From Candidatus Limnocylindrus sp. (GTDB lineage: Bacteria > Chloroflexota > Limnocylindria > Limnocylindrales > Limnocylindraceae), in assembly GCA_040397175.1 (NCBI GenBank), contig JBBAWM010000001.1:281976-345975 (forward strand): DNA of 64,000 nt, in the 5' to 3' direction. Position numbers and translations under genes: made by a program. Each line of letters begins with the position of its first letter. The stretch's first letter is position 1. Below are positions 16,646 to 25,963 of this stretch, in pieces. The notes beneath the pieces were generated by a model, which was given only the letters and a program-made list of their open reading frames with translations, did no database searches and was not told the origin of the DNA.

Positions 16646-19333
16646 GTGAAGACCTTCGACTTCCTCGAGCAGATCCCCGACGCCGACCCAACGGAGACGG
16701 CGCGCCTTATCGGCGAGATTGAGCGCTCGATCGCCGCCCACGGCCCTGAGCGCGCCAAGCTCCTACTGATGCGCCTCTTGGCGCGGGCGCGCGACCTTGG
16801 TGTGGAACTCCCCACCCTGGCGACCACGCCGTACATCAACACCATCAAGACGAGTGATGAGCCCACCTTCCCAGGTGACGAGGCGATGGAGACGCGCATT
16901 CGCCATATCGTTCGCTGGAACGCCGCCGCAATGGTGCTGCGCGCGAACAAGACGCACCCCGGCATCGGGGGACACCTCGCCACCTACGCCAGCGCCGCCA
17001 GCCTCTATGAGGTCGGCTTCAACCACTTCTTCCGCGGAAAGCAGGGTGGCGCCGGTGACCAGATCTTCTATCAGGGACATAACGCGCCAGGTATCTATGC
17101 GCGCGCCTATCTCGAAGGGCGCATCAACGCACCGCAACTCGATCGCTATCGACAAGAGACGGCCGGACACGGCGGCCTGCCGTCGTATCCGCATGCGCGC
17201 CTCTTGCCGGACTTCTGGGAGTTCCCAACCGTTTCGATGGGCCTCGGCGGCATTGGATCCATCTATCAAGCCCGCTATAACCGCTACCTCCACAACCGCA
17301 GCCTCACCGACACCTCGGGGAGCCGCGTCTGGGCGTTCTTGGGTGATGGTGAGATGGATGAGCCGGAGTCCGCTGGCGCGCTGACACTTGCTGCGCGCGA
17401 AGGGCTCGACAACCTGACCTGGGTGGTGAACTGCAACCTGCAGCGACTCGATGGACCAGTGCGCGGCAACGGCAAGATTATCCAGGAGCTTGAGGGGCTC
17501 TTCCGCGGCGCCGGCTGGAACGTGATCAAGGTGATCTGGAGTCGCGAGTGGGACGAACTCCTCGCCAACGATGCGGGCGGGCACCTCGTACGCAAGATGG
17601 ACTCAACCGTTGACGGCGAATTCCAGAAGTACATCGTTGCCGGAGGCGCCTACATTCGCGAGCACTTCTTTGGCCCCGAGCCAGAGCTTGGCGCGCTGGT
17701 GAAGCACCTTTCGGATGACGATCTCGCGCACCTCCGACGTGGCGGTCATGACTACCGCAAGATCCACGCCGCCTACGCCTCAGCCGTGGCGCACAAGGGT
17801 GCCCCCACCGTGATCCTGGCAAAAACGGTGAAGGGCTACTCACTCGGGCCATCTGTTGAGGCAACGAATGTCACCCACCAGGCCAAGAAGCTCTCCGAAG
17901 CGGAGCTCTTTGCCTTCCGTGATCGACTCGGCCTACCGATCCCAGACGAGAAGATTCCTGAGGCCCCGTACTACCACCCTGGCCCGAACAGCCCAGAGGT
18001 GAAGTACATCAACGAGCGGCGCGCCGCACTTGGCGGCCCACTCCCGTCTCGTGTGGTTCACCCGGTGAACTGGAGTGCGCCAGAGGCGGCGGTCGACGCC
18101 GAGTTCGCTGCGGGTAGCAGCGTGCCGGTCAGTACCACCATGGCGTTCGCCAAGCTGCTGCGAAACATGTTGCGCGATCCGAACGTTGGCCAGCAGATCG
18201 TGCCGATTGTTCCGGACGAGGCGCGTACCTTCGGCATGGACCCACTCTTTAAGCAGAGCGGCATCTATGCGCCGTTCGGTCAGCGCTATGAGCCGGTCGA
18301 CTCCGAGTTGCTGTTGAGCTATCGCGAATCACAGAGTGGCCAGTTCCTCGAAGAGGGGATCACCGAGGCGGGCTCCATGGCCTCGTTCCAGGCGGCCTCC
18401 ACCGCCTATGCAACGCACGGCGTGCCGACGATCCCGTTCTACGTCTTCTACTCAATGTTCGGCTTCCAACGCGTCGGTGATCAGATCTGGCAGGTCGGCG
18501 ATGCGCGCGGCCGCGGCTTCTTGATTGGCGCCACTGCTGGCCGTACGACACTCGCCGGCGAGGGGCTGCAGCACGACGATGGCCACTCGCAGTTGATCGC
18601 GCATCTGCATCCGCATGTGGCGGCGTACGACCCGTCGTTCGCCTATGAGATGGCGGCACTGATTCGACGCGGCATGGATCGCATGCACGGTGGCCGTGAG
18701 GACATCCTCTACTACCTCACGATCTACAACGAGAACCAGGCGCAGCCGGCGCGTCCGGAGGGGGCGCACGTCGATGAGGGGATCCATCGGGGCCTTTATC
18801 GATTCGCCGAAGCGGATGCAAATAGCAGCGGGCCAATCGTTCGACTCTTCGGCTCGGGCGCGATCATGGGCGAGGTCCTTGCCGCGCGTGATCTACTGCG
18901 CGAACGGTTCGGCGTGCGGGCCGAAATCTGGTCGGCCACCTCGTATTCAGAGCTGCGTCGCGAAGCCCTCGTGGTGGAGCGCTGGAATCGTCGTCACCCT
19001 GAGAGCGCGCCTCGCACCTCGTGGCTGCAGGATCAGCTCGGCAGTGGCGGCGCGCCAATCGTTGCCGCCAGCGACTGGGTGACGGCGCTGCCGGACCTCC
19101 TCGCCCCGTGGATTGATGTGCCGTATCTTGTGCTCGGTACCGACGGGTTCGGCTTGAGCGATACGCGCGAGGCGCTCCGCGACTTCTTCTCTGTCGACGC
19201 GAAACACATCACCGCTGCAGCCATGGTGGCCCTGGCGCGTGGTGGCGAGCGCACGCCGGCCGAGGCGGCCACCGCGATCAAGGAGCTGGGCATCGATCCT
19301 GATCGCCTCCCCGTCTTCGTTCTCGACCGCTAA
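16646..19333 (+). CDS. aceE: Pyruvate dehydrogenase E1 component, homodimeric type
   Basis: TPYINT, GGHLATY, PTVSMGLG, GDGEMDE...NCNLQRLDGPV, EGITEAG and GEGLQH; GTG 16646. Confidence 0.96.
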   Translation: MKTFDFLEQIPDADPTETARLIGEIERSIAAHGPERAKLLLMRLLARARDLGVELPTLATTPYINTIKTSDEPTFPGDEAMETRIRHIVRWNAAAMVLRANKTHPGIGGHLATYASAASLYEVGFNHFFRGKQGGAGDQIFYQGHNAPGIYARAYLEGRINAPQLDRYRQETAGHGGLPSYPHARLLPDFWEFPTVSMGLGGIGSIYQARYNRYLHNRSLTDTSGSRVWAFLGDGEMDEPESAGALTLAAREGLDNLTWVVNCNLQRLDGPVRGNGKIIQELEGLFRGAGWNVIKVIWSREWDELLANDAGGHLVRKMDSTVDGEFQKYIVAGGAYIREHFFGPEPELGALVKHLSDDDLAHLRRGGHDYRKIHAAYASAVAHKGAPTVILAKTVKGYSLGPSVEATNVTHQAKKLSEAELFAFRDRLGLPIPDEKIPEAPYYHPGPNSPEVKYINERRAALGGPLPSRVVHPVNWSAPEAAVDAEFAAGSSVPVSTTMAFAKLLRNMLRDPNVGQQIVPIVPDEARTFGMDPLFKQSGIYAPFGQRYEPVDSELLLSYRESQSGQFLEEGITEAGSMASFQAASTAYATHGVPTIPFYVFYSMFGFQRVGDQIWQVGDARGRGFLIGATAGRTTLAGEGLQHDDGHSQLIAHLHPHVAAYDPSFAYEMAALIRRGMDRMHGGREDILYYLTIYNENQAQPARPEGAHVDEGIHRGLYRFAEADANSSGPIVRLFGSGAIMGEVLAARDLLRERFGVRAEIWSATSYSELRREALVVERWNRRHPESAPRTSWLQDQLGSGGAPIVAASDWVTALPDLLAPWIDVPYLVLGTDGFGLSDTREALRDFFSVDAKHITAAAMVALARGGERTPAEAATAIKELGIDPDRLPVFVLDR

Positions 19334-19378
19334 ACCGCGACGAAAGACAAGGCTGCTTGTCGCATTAGACAGGTGCGG

Positions 19379-19449
19379 TTGACACTTTTCACTACGGGAT
19401 GGCACCATTTCCCTCAAGCGATCGCAACATCTGCGAGAGGGGGAATTGA
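19379..19449 (+). promoter_or_regulatory. Promoter and structured 5' leader of the iron permease gene
   Basis: TTGACA at 19379-19384 and CACCAT at 19403-19408; TTCCCTC (19409-15) complementary to GAGGGGGAA (19437-45); inner TCGCA/TGCGA stem. Confidence 0.5.
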
Positions 19450-20307
19450 GTGGAGAGCATCTTCGCCTGGGGCTTCGGGGGGCTACTCACCGGACTTCGT
19501 GAGGGAGTCGAAGCCGCACTCATTGTTGGCATCATTGCGAGCTATCTCGTAAAGATCGGTCGCGCCGATCGACTTGCCAGCGTGTGGCTCGGCGTTATCA
19601 CCGCAATCGTTGCCTCTGCCGTCATCGGCGTCGTGGCATTTGTCGCCCTTGGGAGCCTGGAGGGAACTGCCGAACAGATCATCGCCGGCACCACCTCGCT
19701 CCTTGCTGTGGTGATCCTCACCTACATGCTCTTCTGGATGCGCAAGCAGGCCGTCTCACTTGGCGCAGATCTGCGCAAGGGTGTCGATCGTGCCGTTGCA
19801 TCAACCTCCGTTCTGGGCCTTGCACTGCTTGCCTTCACCGCGGTGATCCGTGAAGGGATTGAGTCGGGGCTCTTCCTACTCGGCCAGACGACCGCTGCGG
19901 CGGGTGAAGGACTCTCCGTGGTCTTTGGTGCCGTACTCGGCCTACTGATTGCTGCGGGTATCGGCGTGCTGATCTTCCGTGTCGGGTTGCGACTCAACCT
20001 CAGCGCCTTCTTCAACGTGACGGGCGCCGCTCTCGTAGTAATTGCATCTGGACTTCTCTCGTACGGCGTACACGAGTTCATTGAGGTTGGCCTGCTGCCA
20101 GGGTTGATCACACCGCTCTATGACATCTCTGCGGTGCTTCCGCACACAGAGGGGATTGGTCAGTTCCTGCGCGCCATCTTCGGATACAGCGCCACCCCTG
20201 AACTCACGACGCTACTGGCGCAGGGGGCGTATCTGCTCTTTGGCCTCTTCTTCTACGTTCGACCCGTGCGGCGCGCCGCCGCAAACCGCGCCGCCGCTAC
20301 AGCCTGA
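19450..20307 (+). CDS. FTR1/EfeU family iron permease
   Basis: Two RExxE motifs (LREGVE, IREGIE), MLFWM and multiple TM helices. Confidence 0.92.
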   Translation: MESIFAWGFGGLLTGLREGVEAALIVGIIASYLVKIGRADRLASVWLGVITAIVASAVIGVVAFVALGSLEGTAEQIIAGTTSLLAVVILTYMLFWMRKQAVSLGADLRKGVDRAVASTSVLGLALLAFTAVIREGIESGLFLLGQTTAAAGEGLSVVFGAVLGLLIAAGIGVLIFRVGLRLNLSAFFNVTGAALVVIASGLLSYGVHEFIEVGLLPGLITPLYDISAVLPHTEGIGQFLRAIFGYSATPELTTLLAQGAYLLFGLFFYVRPVRRAAANRAAATA

Positions 20308-20343
20308 CTGGCGCGCGCAAGCCCGGCGCGCGATGATGCACTG

Positions 20344-21093
20344 ATGCCGATACTTCTCGTTGACGGGCTCTCCCACTCGTATGGCAAGCGTCAGGTGCTG
20401 CGCAGCATTTCGCTGGAGATTGGCGCGGGCGAGTCGGTCGCACTCCTTGGCCCAAACGGCTCCGGGAAGTCGACGCTGTTGCGACTCGTTGCGGGACTCC
20501 TCACGCCGACGGCTGGCCACGTTGCACTCGCTGGGAGCGCGGCCGCCGCTGGCCGTCCAGAGGTTGGCATTCTCTTCCAAGAGTCACGACTCCTGCCGTG
20601 GCGTACGGTGCTGCGCAATGTGACCCTACCGCTCGAGTTGGCGGGCGAATCGCTGCCACGCGCTCGGACGACTGCGGAGACAGCGCTCAAGAGCGTTGGT
20701 GCTGGGCAGCTGCTGGAGCGGAACCCGACTGAGATCTCGGGTGGCGAGCGCGGTCGCGTTGCCCTCGCTCGTGCGTTGGTACGAAAGCCTGCGCTCCTGC
20801 TTCTCGATGAACCGTTCGCCGCGCTCGATGCCATCACGCGGGCACGGCTCGACGACGAGCTTCCGGAGTTGGTTGCAGGTGCGGCGACGCTGCTTGTCAC
20901 CCACGACGTCGCGGAGGCGCTGCTCGTTGCCGACCGGGTACTGATGCTTGGCGCGGACGGTGCCATTCATCTCGAGGTTCCAGGCTTGCGTGGCCTGCCG
21001 TCGGCTGGGCGCCGCGCCGCACTCCTCTCGCCAGATGGTGCTGCGCGACAGACGCGCCTCTACGAGGCCCTTGATGCGGTGTCGCATGCGTAG
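20344..21093 (+). CDS. ABC transporter ATPase (SsuB/TauB-like)
   Basis: GPNGSGKS, ISGGE, LLLDEPFAALD and VTHD. Confidence 0.9.
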   Translation: MPILLVDGLSHSYGKRQVLRSISLEIGAGESVALLGPNGSGKSTLLRLVAGLLTPTAGHVALAGSAAAAGRPEVGILFQESRLLPWRTVLRNVTLPLELAGESLPRARTTAETALKSVGAGQLLERNPTEISGGERGRVALARALVRKPALLLLDEPFAALDAITRARLDDELPELVAGAATLLVTHDVAEALLVADRVLMLGADGAIHLEVPGLRGLPSAGRRAALLSPDGAARQTRLYEALDAVSHA

Positions 21094-21838
21094 GCTGACT
21101 CAACTCACCCCCGTCGCCGTAGCCGCACTCCTCCTTGCCGCGTGGGAGCTCGGCGTTCGCGCTGCGTCGGTGCCGCAATTCGTGCTCCCTGCACCATCGA
21201 CGATTGCCGTGCGATTCGCTGAGGCCTGGGCCGACGGCACCATGCTTCGCCACCTTGTGCCTACGGTGACCGAGGTCACGGTTGGCGGCCTGCTCGGCGG
21301 GGCGCTCGGCCTCTTGATCGGAGTCACGCTTGGCCTCTCGGGCGCCGCTCGTCGCGTGGTCAGCCCGTACCTCGTTGCGGCGCAGTCCACGCCAATCCTG
21401 GCGCTCGGTCCGGTGCTCGTGTTGTGGCTTGGGCCAGGGCTCGCGGCAAAGGTTGCCGTCTGCGCGCTGATCGCCCTCTTCCCCGTCGCAATCTCAACGC
21501 TGGTTGCCGTGCGCGATGTCGATGCCGGAACCCTGGAACTCATGCGCTCACTCGGCGCAACGCGCTGGCAGAGCCTCCGCTATGCGCGCCTCCCCGCGGC
21601 ACGTGGCGGCATCCTCGCTGGGGCACGCGTCGCTGCAACCCTGGCAGTTGTCGGGGCAATCGTTGGCGAGTGGCTTGGTGGCAGCGCTGGCCTCGGCGTG
21701 CTCCTCAACCTTGCGCGCGGTTCACTCTTCGACACGCCACTTCTCTTTGCCGATCTGTTACAGATCGCCATCGTTGGCGTGAGCGCGTATGGGCTCGTAC
21801 TTTTTGTTGAGCGGGTAACATCACGGAAGACCGCCTGA
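21086..21838 (+). CDS. ABC transporter permease (SsuC/RibX-like)
   Basis: LPAPS, QSTP, ELMRSLGA and GAIVGEW; ATG 21086 overlaps the ATPase end. Confidence 0.88.
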   Translation: MRRLTQLTPVAVAALLLAAWELGVRAASVPQFVLPAPSTIAVRFAEAWADGTMLRHLVPTVTEVTVGGLLGGALGLLIGVTLGLSGAARRVVSPYLVAAQSTPILALGPVLVLWLGPGLAAKVAVCALIALFPVAISTLVAVRDVDAGTLELMRSLGATRWQSLRYARLPAARGGILAGARVAATLAVVGAIVGEWLGGSAGLGVLLNLARGSLFDTPLLFADLLQIAIVGVSAYGLVLFVERVTSRKTA

Positions 21839-21866
21839 CGCGGTCCTAAACTGAAGGGGGGGATGC

Positions 21867-22877
21867 ATGAAGCGAATTTTGGTTGTACTCCTTGGCTCGA
21901 TTGCGCTACTGGCCTCTGGCTGCACGGCGAGTGCATCACCATCGGCCTCAGCCGCACCGGTGAAGCTCACCGTTGGCCTCGGCTACATCCCCGGAGTGCA
22001 GTTCGCTCCCTTCTACCTGGCAGAGCAGAGCGGAGCCTATGCCGCCGCTGGCCTTGATGTCACGATTCAGAATCAGATTGATCCCGACCTCATTAGCCTT
22101 GTTGGGAGCGGTGCGCTCGATCTCGCCCTCGCCGATGGCACCAGCATGATCCCCGCCGTTTCGCAGGGGATTCCGGTGCGCTACATCACCACGATCTACG
22201 GAGTTCTGCCGAATGTCGTGATCGCGCGAACCGACGCGGGGATCATGAGCCCAGCCGATCTGAAGGGGAAGCGCGTTGGCACACCCGGACAATATGGATC
22301 GGGTTACCTGACCCTCCTCGGCATCCTTGGCGAAGCGTCGCTTGCCATTGGCGACGTATCGCTCGACCTGTATCCAGATTATGGACAGACGCAGGCGCTG
22401 ATCACCGGTGCCGCCGACGCCACCACTGGGTACGCCAACAATGACCTCGTGCAGGCAAGAGCGGCGGGCATTGACGTTGAGGTCTTCTACGCCTCGGCTG
22501 CCGCACCATTCGCGGGTCCTGGACTGATCTCTTCACCGGACACGATCGCGAGCAAGCGCGACGCGATTCGTGCATTCATTGCAGCGACCCTCGAGGCGAT
22601 GCGACAGATCGCGGCAAATCCCGACCTCGGTGTCGACGCCGCAGCGAAAGTAGTCCCGGAGGTTGCCGCGACTGCTGCAGCGCGCGTGAACTCACTCGCC
22701 GTCATGAAGGCGACCGTCGAAGTGTGGGCAGGCCCACTGCAACAGAGCGCGGGCTACGGAGCGATCAGCGTTGAAGGCTGGGAGACATCGATCAGTTTCA
22801 TGCGGTCGGTTCCGGGGCAGCAGGTACTCGACGGACTGAAGGCGAGCGATATCGTCGACGAGTCGCTACTCCCGTAG
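21867..22877 (+). CDS. ABC substrate-binding lipoprotein, NMT1/THI5 family (RibY-like)
   Basis: Lipobox LASGC; LGYIPGVQFAPFY and DLKGKRVGTPG. Confidence 0.8.
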   Translation: MKRILVVLLGSIALLASGCTASASPSASAAPVKLTVGLGYIPGVQFAPFYLAEQSGAYAAAGLDVTIQNQIDPDLISLVGSGALDLALADGTSMIPAVSQGIPVRYITTIYGVLPNVVIARTDAGIMSPADLKGKRVGTPGQYGSGYLTLLGILGEASLAIGDVSLDLYPDYGQTQALITGAADATTGYANNDLVQARAAGIDVEVFYASAAAPFAGPGLISSPDTIASKRDAIRAFIAATLEAMRQIAANPDLGVDAAAKVVPEVAATAAARVNSLAVMKATVEVWAGPLQQSAGYGAISVEGWETSISFMRSVPGQQVLDGLKASDIVDESLLP

Positions 22878-22888
22878 CCTGAACGCCC

Positions 22889-23659
22889 CTAAACGAGCGG
22901 CCACGGGAGTGGCGGCCAGTCGGGGCTTGGCTCGGGGAAGCAGCCAGTCGCAGCGAGGTCGTTGAGGCGCGCCACCAGCGCGTCGATCTCGTCGCCATCG
23001 AGGAGTGGCGAGAGTTGCGCTCGCAGCGCTCCGTTTTCGGTCAGCCCGTGAACGCCGCGCAAAATGATTGCCTTCTCCTCTTCCGTGAACGGTGTGCTGC
23101 GCCACGCCCAGAGGACCGTGCGCAACTTCGGCTCAATGGCGAAGGTGACGCCGTGGTCCACGCCAAGGATGCGCCCGTCAGGGAGGGGGAGGATGTGCCC
23201 ACCCTTTCGATCGCCGTTGTTGACGATCGCGTCGAAGAGGGCGAGTCGGCGAAGACCCTCGTCTGAGGCGTTGACGAGGTCGATCGCGCGCTGCACCCCC
23301 TCATGGTCTATCCAAAGCTGCACGGCGCCTTCGCCTGCTGGCCCGTCGCGCAGAATCGTGGGCGGGACCACGCTGAGGCCGAGCGCCTCACTAACGAGAT
23401 ACGCCGCGGTTTCGCGCGCGGCGAGGCTCCCCTCGGGGAAGTCCCAGAGCGGCAGCTCGCCGCGGATCGGCTTGTAAATCACCTGCAGTCCGCCCTCGAT
23501 CTCGCAGAGGAAGCTCGCGTTGCTCGCCTCGGCGATACGCCCGATCGGCTCGAGCTCGGGGGAGCGGCGCATTAGGCGTAGGGCTTCTTCAATCTCCGTT
23601 GCACCTGTGGCGGTTGGGAGCGGTCCGTGCCAGTCCGGTGTCGCCGTCGCGTCCGTCAC
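22889..23659 (-). CDS. SCO1664 family protein (PI3/PI4-kinase-like fold)
   Basis: ASNASF, IYKP, LWDFPEG, LAARE, NNGDRKGGH and DHGVTF; GTG 23659. Confidence 0.88.
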   Translation of the reverse strand: MTDATATPDWHGPLPTATGATEIEEALRLMRRSPELEPIGRIAEASNASFLCEIEGGLQVIYKPIRGELPLWDFPEGSLAARETAAYLVSEALGLSVVPPTILRDGPAGEGAVQLWIDHEGVQRAIDLVNASDEGLRRLALFDAIVNNGDRKGGHILPLPDGRILGVDHGVTFAIEPKLRTVLWAWRSTPFTEEEKAIILRGVHGLTENGALRAQLSPLLDGDEIDALVARLNDLAATGCFPEPSPDWPPLPWPLV

Positions 23660-23660
23660 C

Positions 23661-24218
23661 TCAGTTGAGGAGCGCGGCCTTGCGTGCGCAGCGATGCCCG
23701 CGCGGGTCGAGTGGCACGCCGCAGTTTGGGCAGATCGGTCGACCGGCGGCGGCGAGCTGCAGCGCGTTCTCGGCGAACTCGAGCGCCGAGGCGACGCTGA
23801 GCGACACGCGCAAGACATCGGGACCGTCTGGCGCATCGTTGATCGGTGGTGGAGCGGCGGCATCTTCCACGCTCATGTCGTCGCGGAACTCGAGGATGAG
23901 TCGGGTGAGGAGTGGATCCCAGGCAAGGGCGATGGTGCCGACGCGGAACTCAGCGGTGAACGGTTCAGCAAGCGCGGGAAGCTTGCGCGGGAGCGGGAGC
24001 GACGCGCTGGGGAGCTGGACGCTGCCTCCCTCGCTCAGATCCTTCAGCATCTCGACGATCCGACGCGCAAGAACGGCGATCTGGCTCTTCTCAACGACAA
24101 CGGTGGCGGCGATACCCCCGCCGATTGATTGCAGATGAAAGATGCGCTGCCCAGGCTCGCCGATGGCGCCAGCGATGAACTGGTCAGGCGGATCGAAGCG
24201 AATGATCCGCCGCGCCAT
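23661..24218 (-). CDS. DUF3090 family protein
   Basis: GAIGEPGQRIFHLQ, EKSQ, EFRVG and AGRPICPNCG.PLDPRGHRC. Confidence 0.88.
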   Translation of the reverse strand: MARRIIRFDPPDQFIAGAIGEPGQRIFHLQSIGGGIAATVVVEKSQIAVLARRIVEMLKDLSEGGSVQLPSASLPLPRKLPALAEPFTAEFRVGTIALAWDPLLTRLILEFRDDMSVEDAAAPPPINDAPDGPDVLRVSLSVASALEFAENALQLAAAGRPICPNCGVPLDPRGHRCARKAALLN

Positions 24219-24901
24219 TAGTTGTCGCCGCGCAGTCGTCGAAGGAGTGAAGGCTTGGCTGCCTTTTCTACGAGGCCGGCGGCTGCACCTTCAGCGGACA
24301 GGTTGACGCGCACAACCGTTGGGCGCTCACCGCTGTAGCGAATGACGGTGATGCTCGCTGGGTCGATTGCTATGCGCTGGAAGAGGTCGAGTGGGGTGCC
24401 GAGCGCGTCGGCAACGATCGCCTTGATGATGTCGCCGTGGCTGGCGCAGAGCCAGGTTTCGTCATCGCTGAACCGCGCATCGATCTCGCGAATCGCCTCT
24501 ACCGCGCGCGCGGAGGCGGCACGGAGTGATTCGCCATTGGGAAAGAGCATCGCCGATGGTTGGCGCTGCACCGTGCTCCAGAGTGGGTCTTTCATGAGTT
24601 TGCGTAGCTCTTTGCCCGACCAGTCTCCGTACTCCACCTCGGTGAGACGCTCGTCGACCACGATGTCGGGGCGCGACTTCACACTGGGGCCACGCATGGA
24701 GCGCACCGCCTCTGCGGTCTCAAGGCAGCGCTGCATTGGCGATGAGGCGATCCCAACAATCTGGACGGCGCTGAGCGCCTCGGCGAGCGCCGCCGCCTCC
24801 TTGCGCCCGGCTGGGCTGAGCGGGATCCCCTTGATGCGACCACTCAGCTTGATGCCGGTCTCGGCGGTGCGCGCGTGACGAACGAGAATCAGTCGTGCCA
24901 T
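24218..24901 (-). CDS. Histidine phosphatase, MSMEG_4193-like putative phosphomutase
   Basis: VRHA, SSPMQRCLET, EVEYGDWSG, SHGDIIK and LDLFQRI. Confidence 0.88.
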   Translation of the reverse strand: MARLILVRHARTAETGIKLSGRIKGIPLSPAGRKEAAALAEALSAVQIVGIASSPMQRCLETAEAVRSMRGPSVKSRPDIVVDERLTEVEYGDWSGKELRKLMKDPLWSTVQRQPSAMLFPNGESLRAASARAVEAIREIDARFSDDETWLCASHGDIIKAIVADALGTPLDLFQRIAIDPASITVIRYSGERPTVVRVNLSAEGAAAGLVEKAAKPSLLRRLRGDN

Positions 24902-24904
24902 CGG

Positions 24905-25963
24905 TCAGTCGAAGTGCTGGAAGAGTGGTGGGTAGCTGAGGTCAATGGAGCGGTTCTTGCCGCCGACCTCGGTGAGTGGTACCTCAACGATTGCGCCGCC
25001 CTTCAGTGCAACCATCACACCGAAGCGGCCAGCCTCCAGAGCCTCGATTGCAGCAACCCCATACCGTGTGCCGAGCACGCGGTCGGCGGCGGTTGGTGCG
25101 CCGCCGCGCTGCAGGTGTCCCAGACGAGTGCAGCGCACCTCGAGCCCGCTGCGCACTTCAAGGATCGTGGCGAGCGCATCGCCAACGGCAACCTTGTCAA
25201 GTCGCGGATGCCCGAACTCGTCGAGCGGCACCGACGTCGTTGATGAGCCTGCAGCCGGGAGCTTCACCCCCTCGGAGACAACGATGATCGAACTTCCATC
25301 GCCGATTGCGCGGCGCGCCTTCAGCTTGGCGACGAGTTCGTCGAGTGCCTCGGCGGTGAACTCCACCTCGGGGATGAGGATCGCATGCGCGCCACCGCCG
25401 AGCCCGCCCCATGCAGCGACCCACCCCGCGTCGCGCCCCATCACTTCGACAACGGCAACTCGGTGATGTGATGCCGTGGTGGTGGCAATGCGGTCGAGCG
25501 CCTCGGTGACGATATTCGCTGCGGTGTCAAAGCCGAGGCAGCCTTCGGTCCCCCAAACATCGTTGTCCATTGTCTTCGGAATTGCATTGACCGCCGCGCC
25601 GCGCTTCGCGAGACCTGCCGCAACGGAGAGGGTGTCGTCGCCACCGATGGCGATGAGGGCATCAAGTCCGAGCGCGCGGATGTTCGCCTCGGCGGCATCG
25701 AGGCCACCCTCGCGCTTCAGGAGATTCGTGCGGCTTGAGCCGAGCATCGTGCCCCCTTGCGCCTGGATGCCGTGCACGGCGGCGCGATCGAGCGGGCGGG
25801 TGAGTGGCGCACCGACCGCTGCGAGCCCCTTCCAGCCGTCGAGGACACCAACCACTTCGTGGCCGCCCGCCGTTGCACGGTGCACCACGGCGCGAATCGC
25901 CGGATTCAACCCTGGGCAGTCTCCGCCGCCGGTCAACACGCCAATCTTCATCTTGCTGCTCAT
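24905..25963 (-). CDS. pfkA: 6-phosphofructokinase, PfkA family
   Basis: GGDCPGLN, GGDDT, PKTMDND, EVMGRDAGW and LGHLQRGG. Confidence 0.93.
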   Translation of the reverse strand: MSSKMKIGVLTGGGDCPGLNPAIRAVVHRATAGGHEVVGVLDGWKGLAAVGAPLTRPLDRAAVHGIQAQGGTMLGSSRTNLLKREGGLDAAEANIRALGLDALIAIGGDDTLSVAAGLAKRGAAVNAIPKTMDNDVWGTEGCLGFDTAANIVTEALDRIATTTASHHRVAVVEVMGRDAGWVAAWGGLGGGAHAILIPEVEFTAEALDELVAKLKARRAIGDGSSIIVVSEGVKLPAAGSSTTSVPLDEFGHPRLDKVAVGDALATILEVRSGLEVRCTRLGHLQRGGAPTAADRVLGTRYGVAAIEALEAGRFGVMVALKGGAIVEVPLTEVGGKNRSIDLSYPPLFQHFD

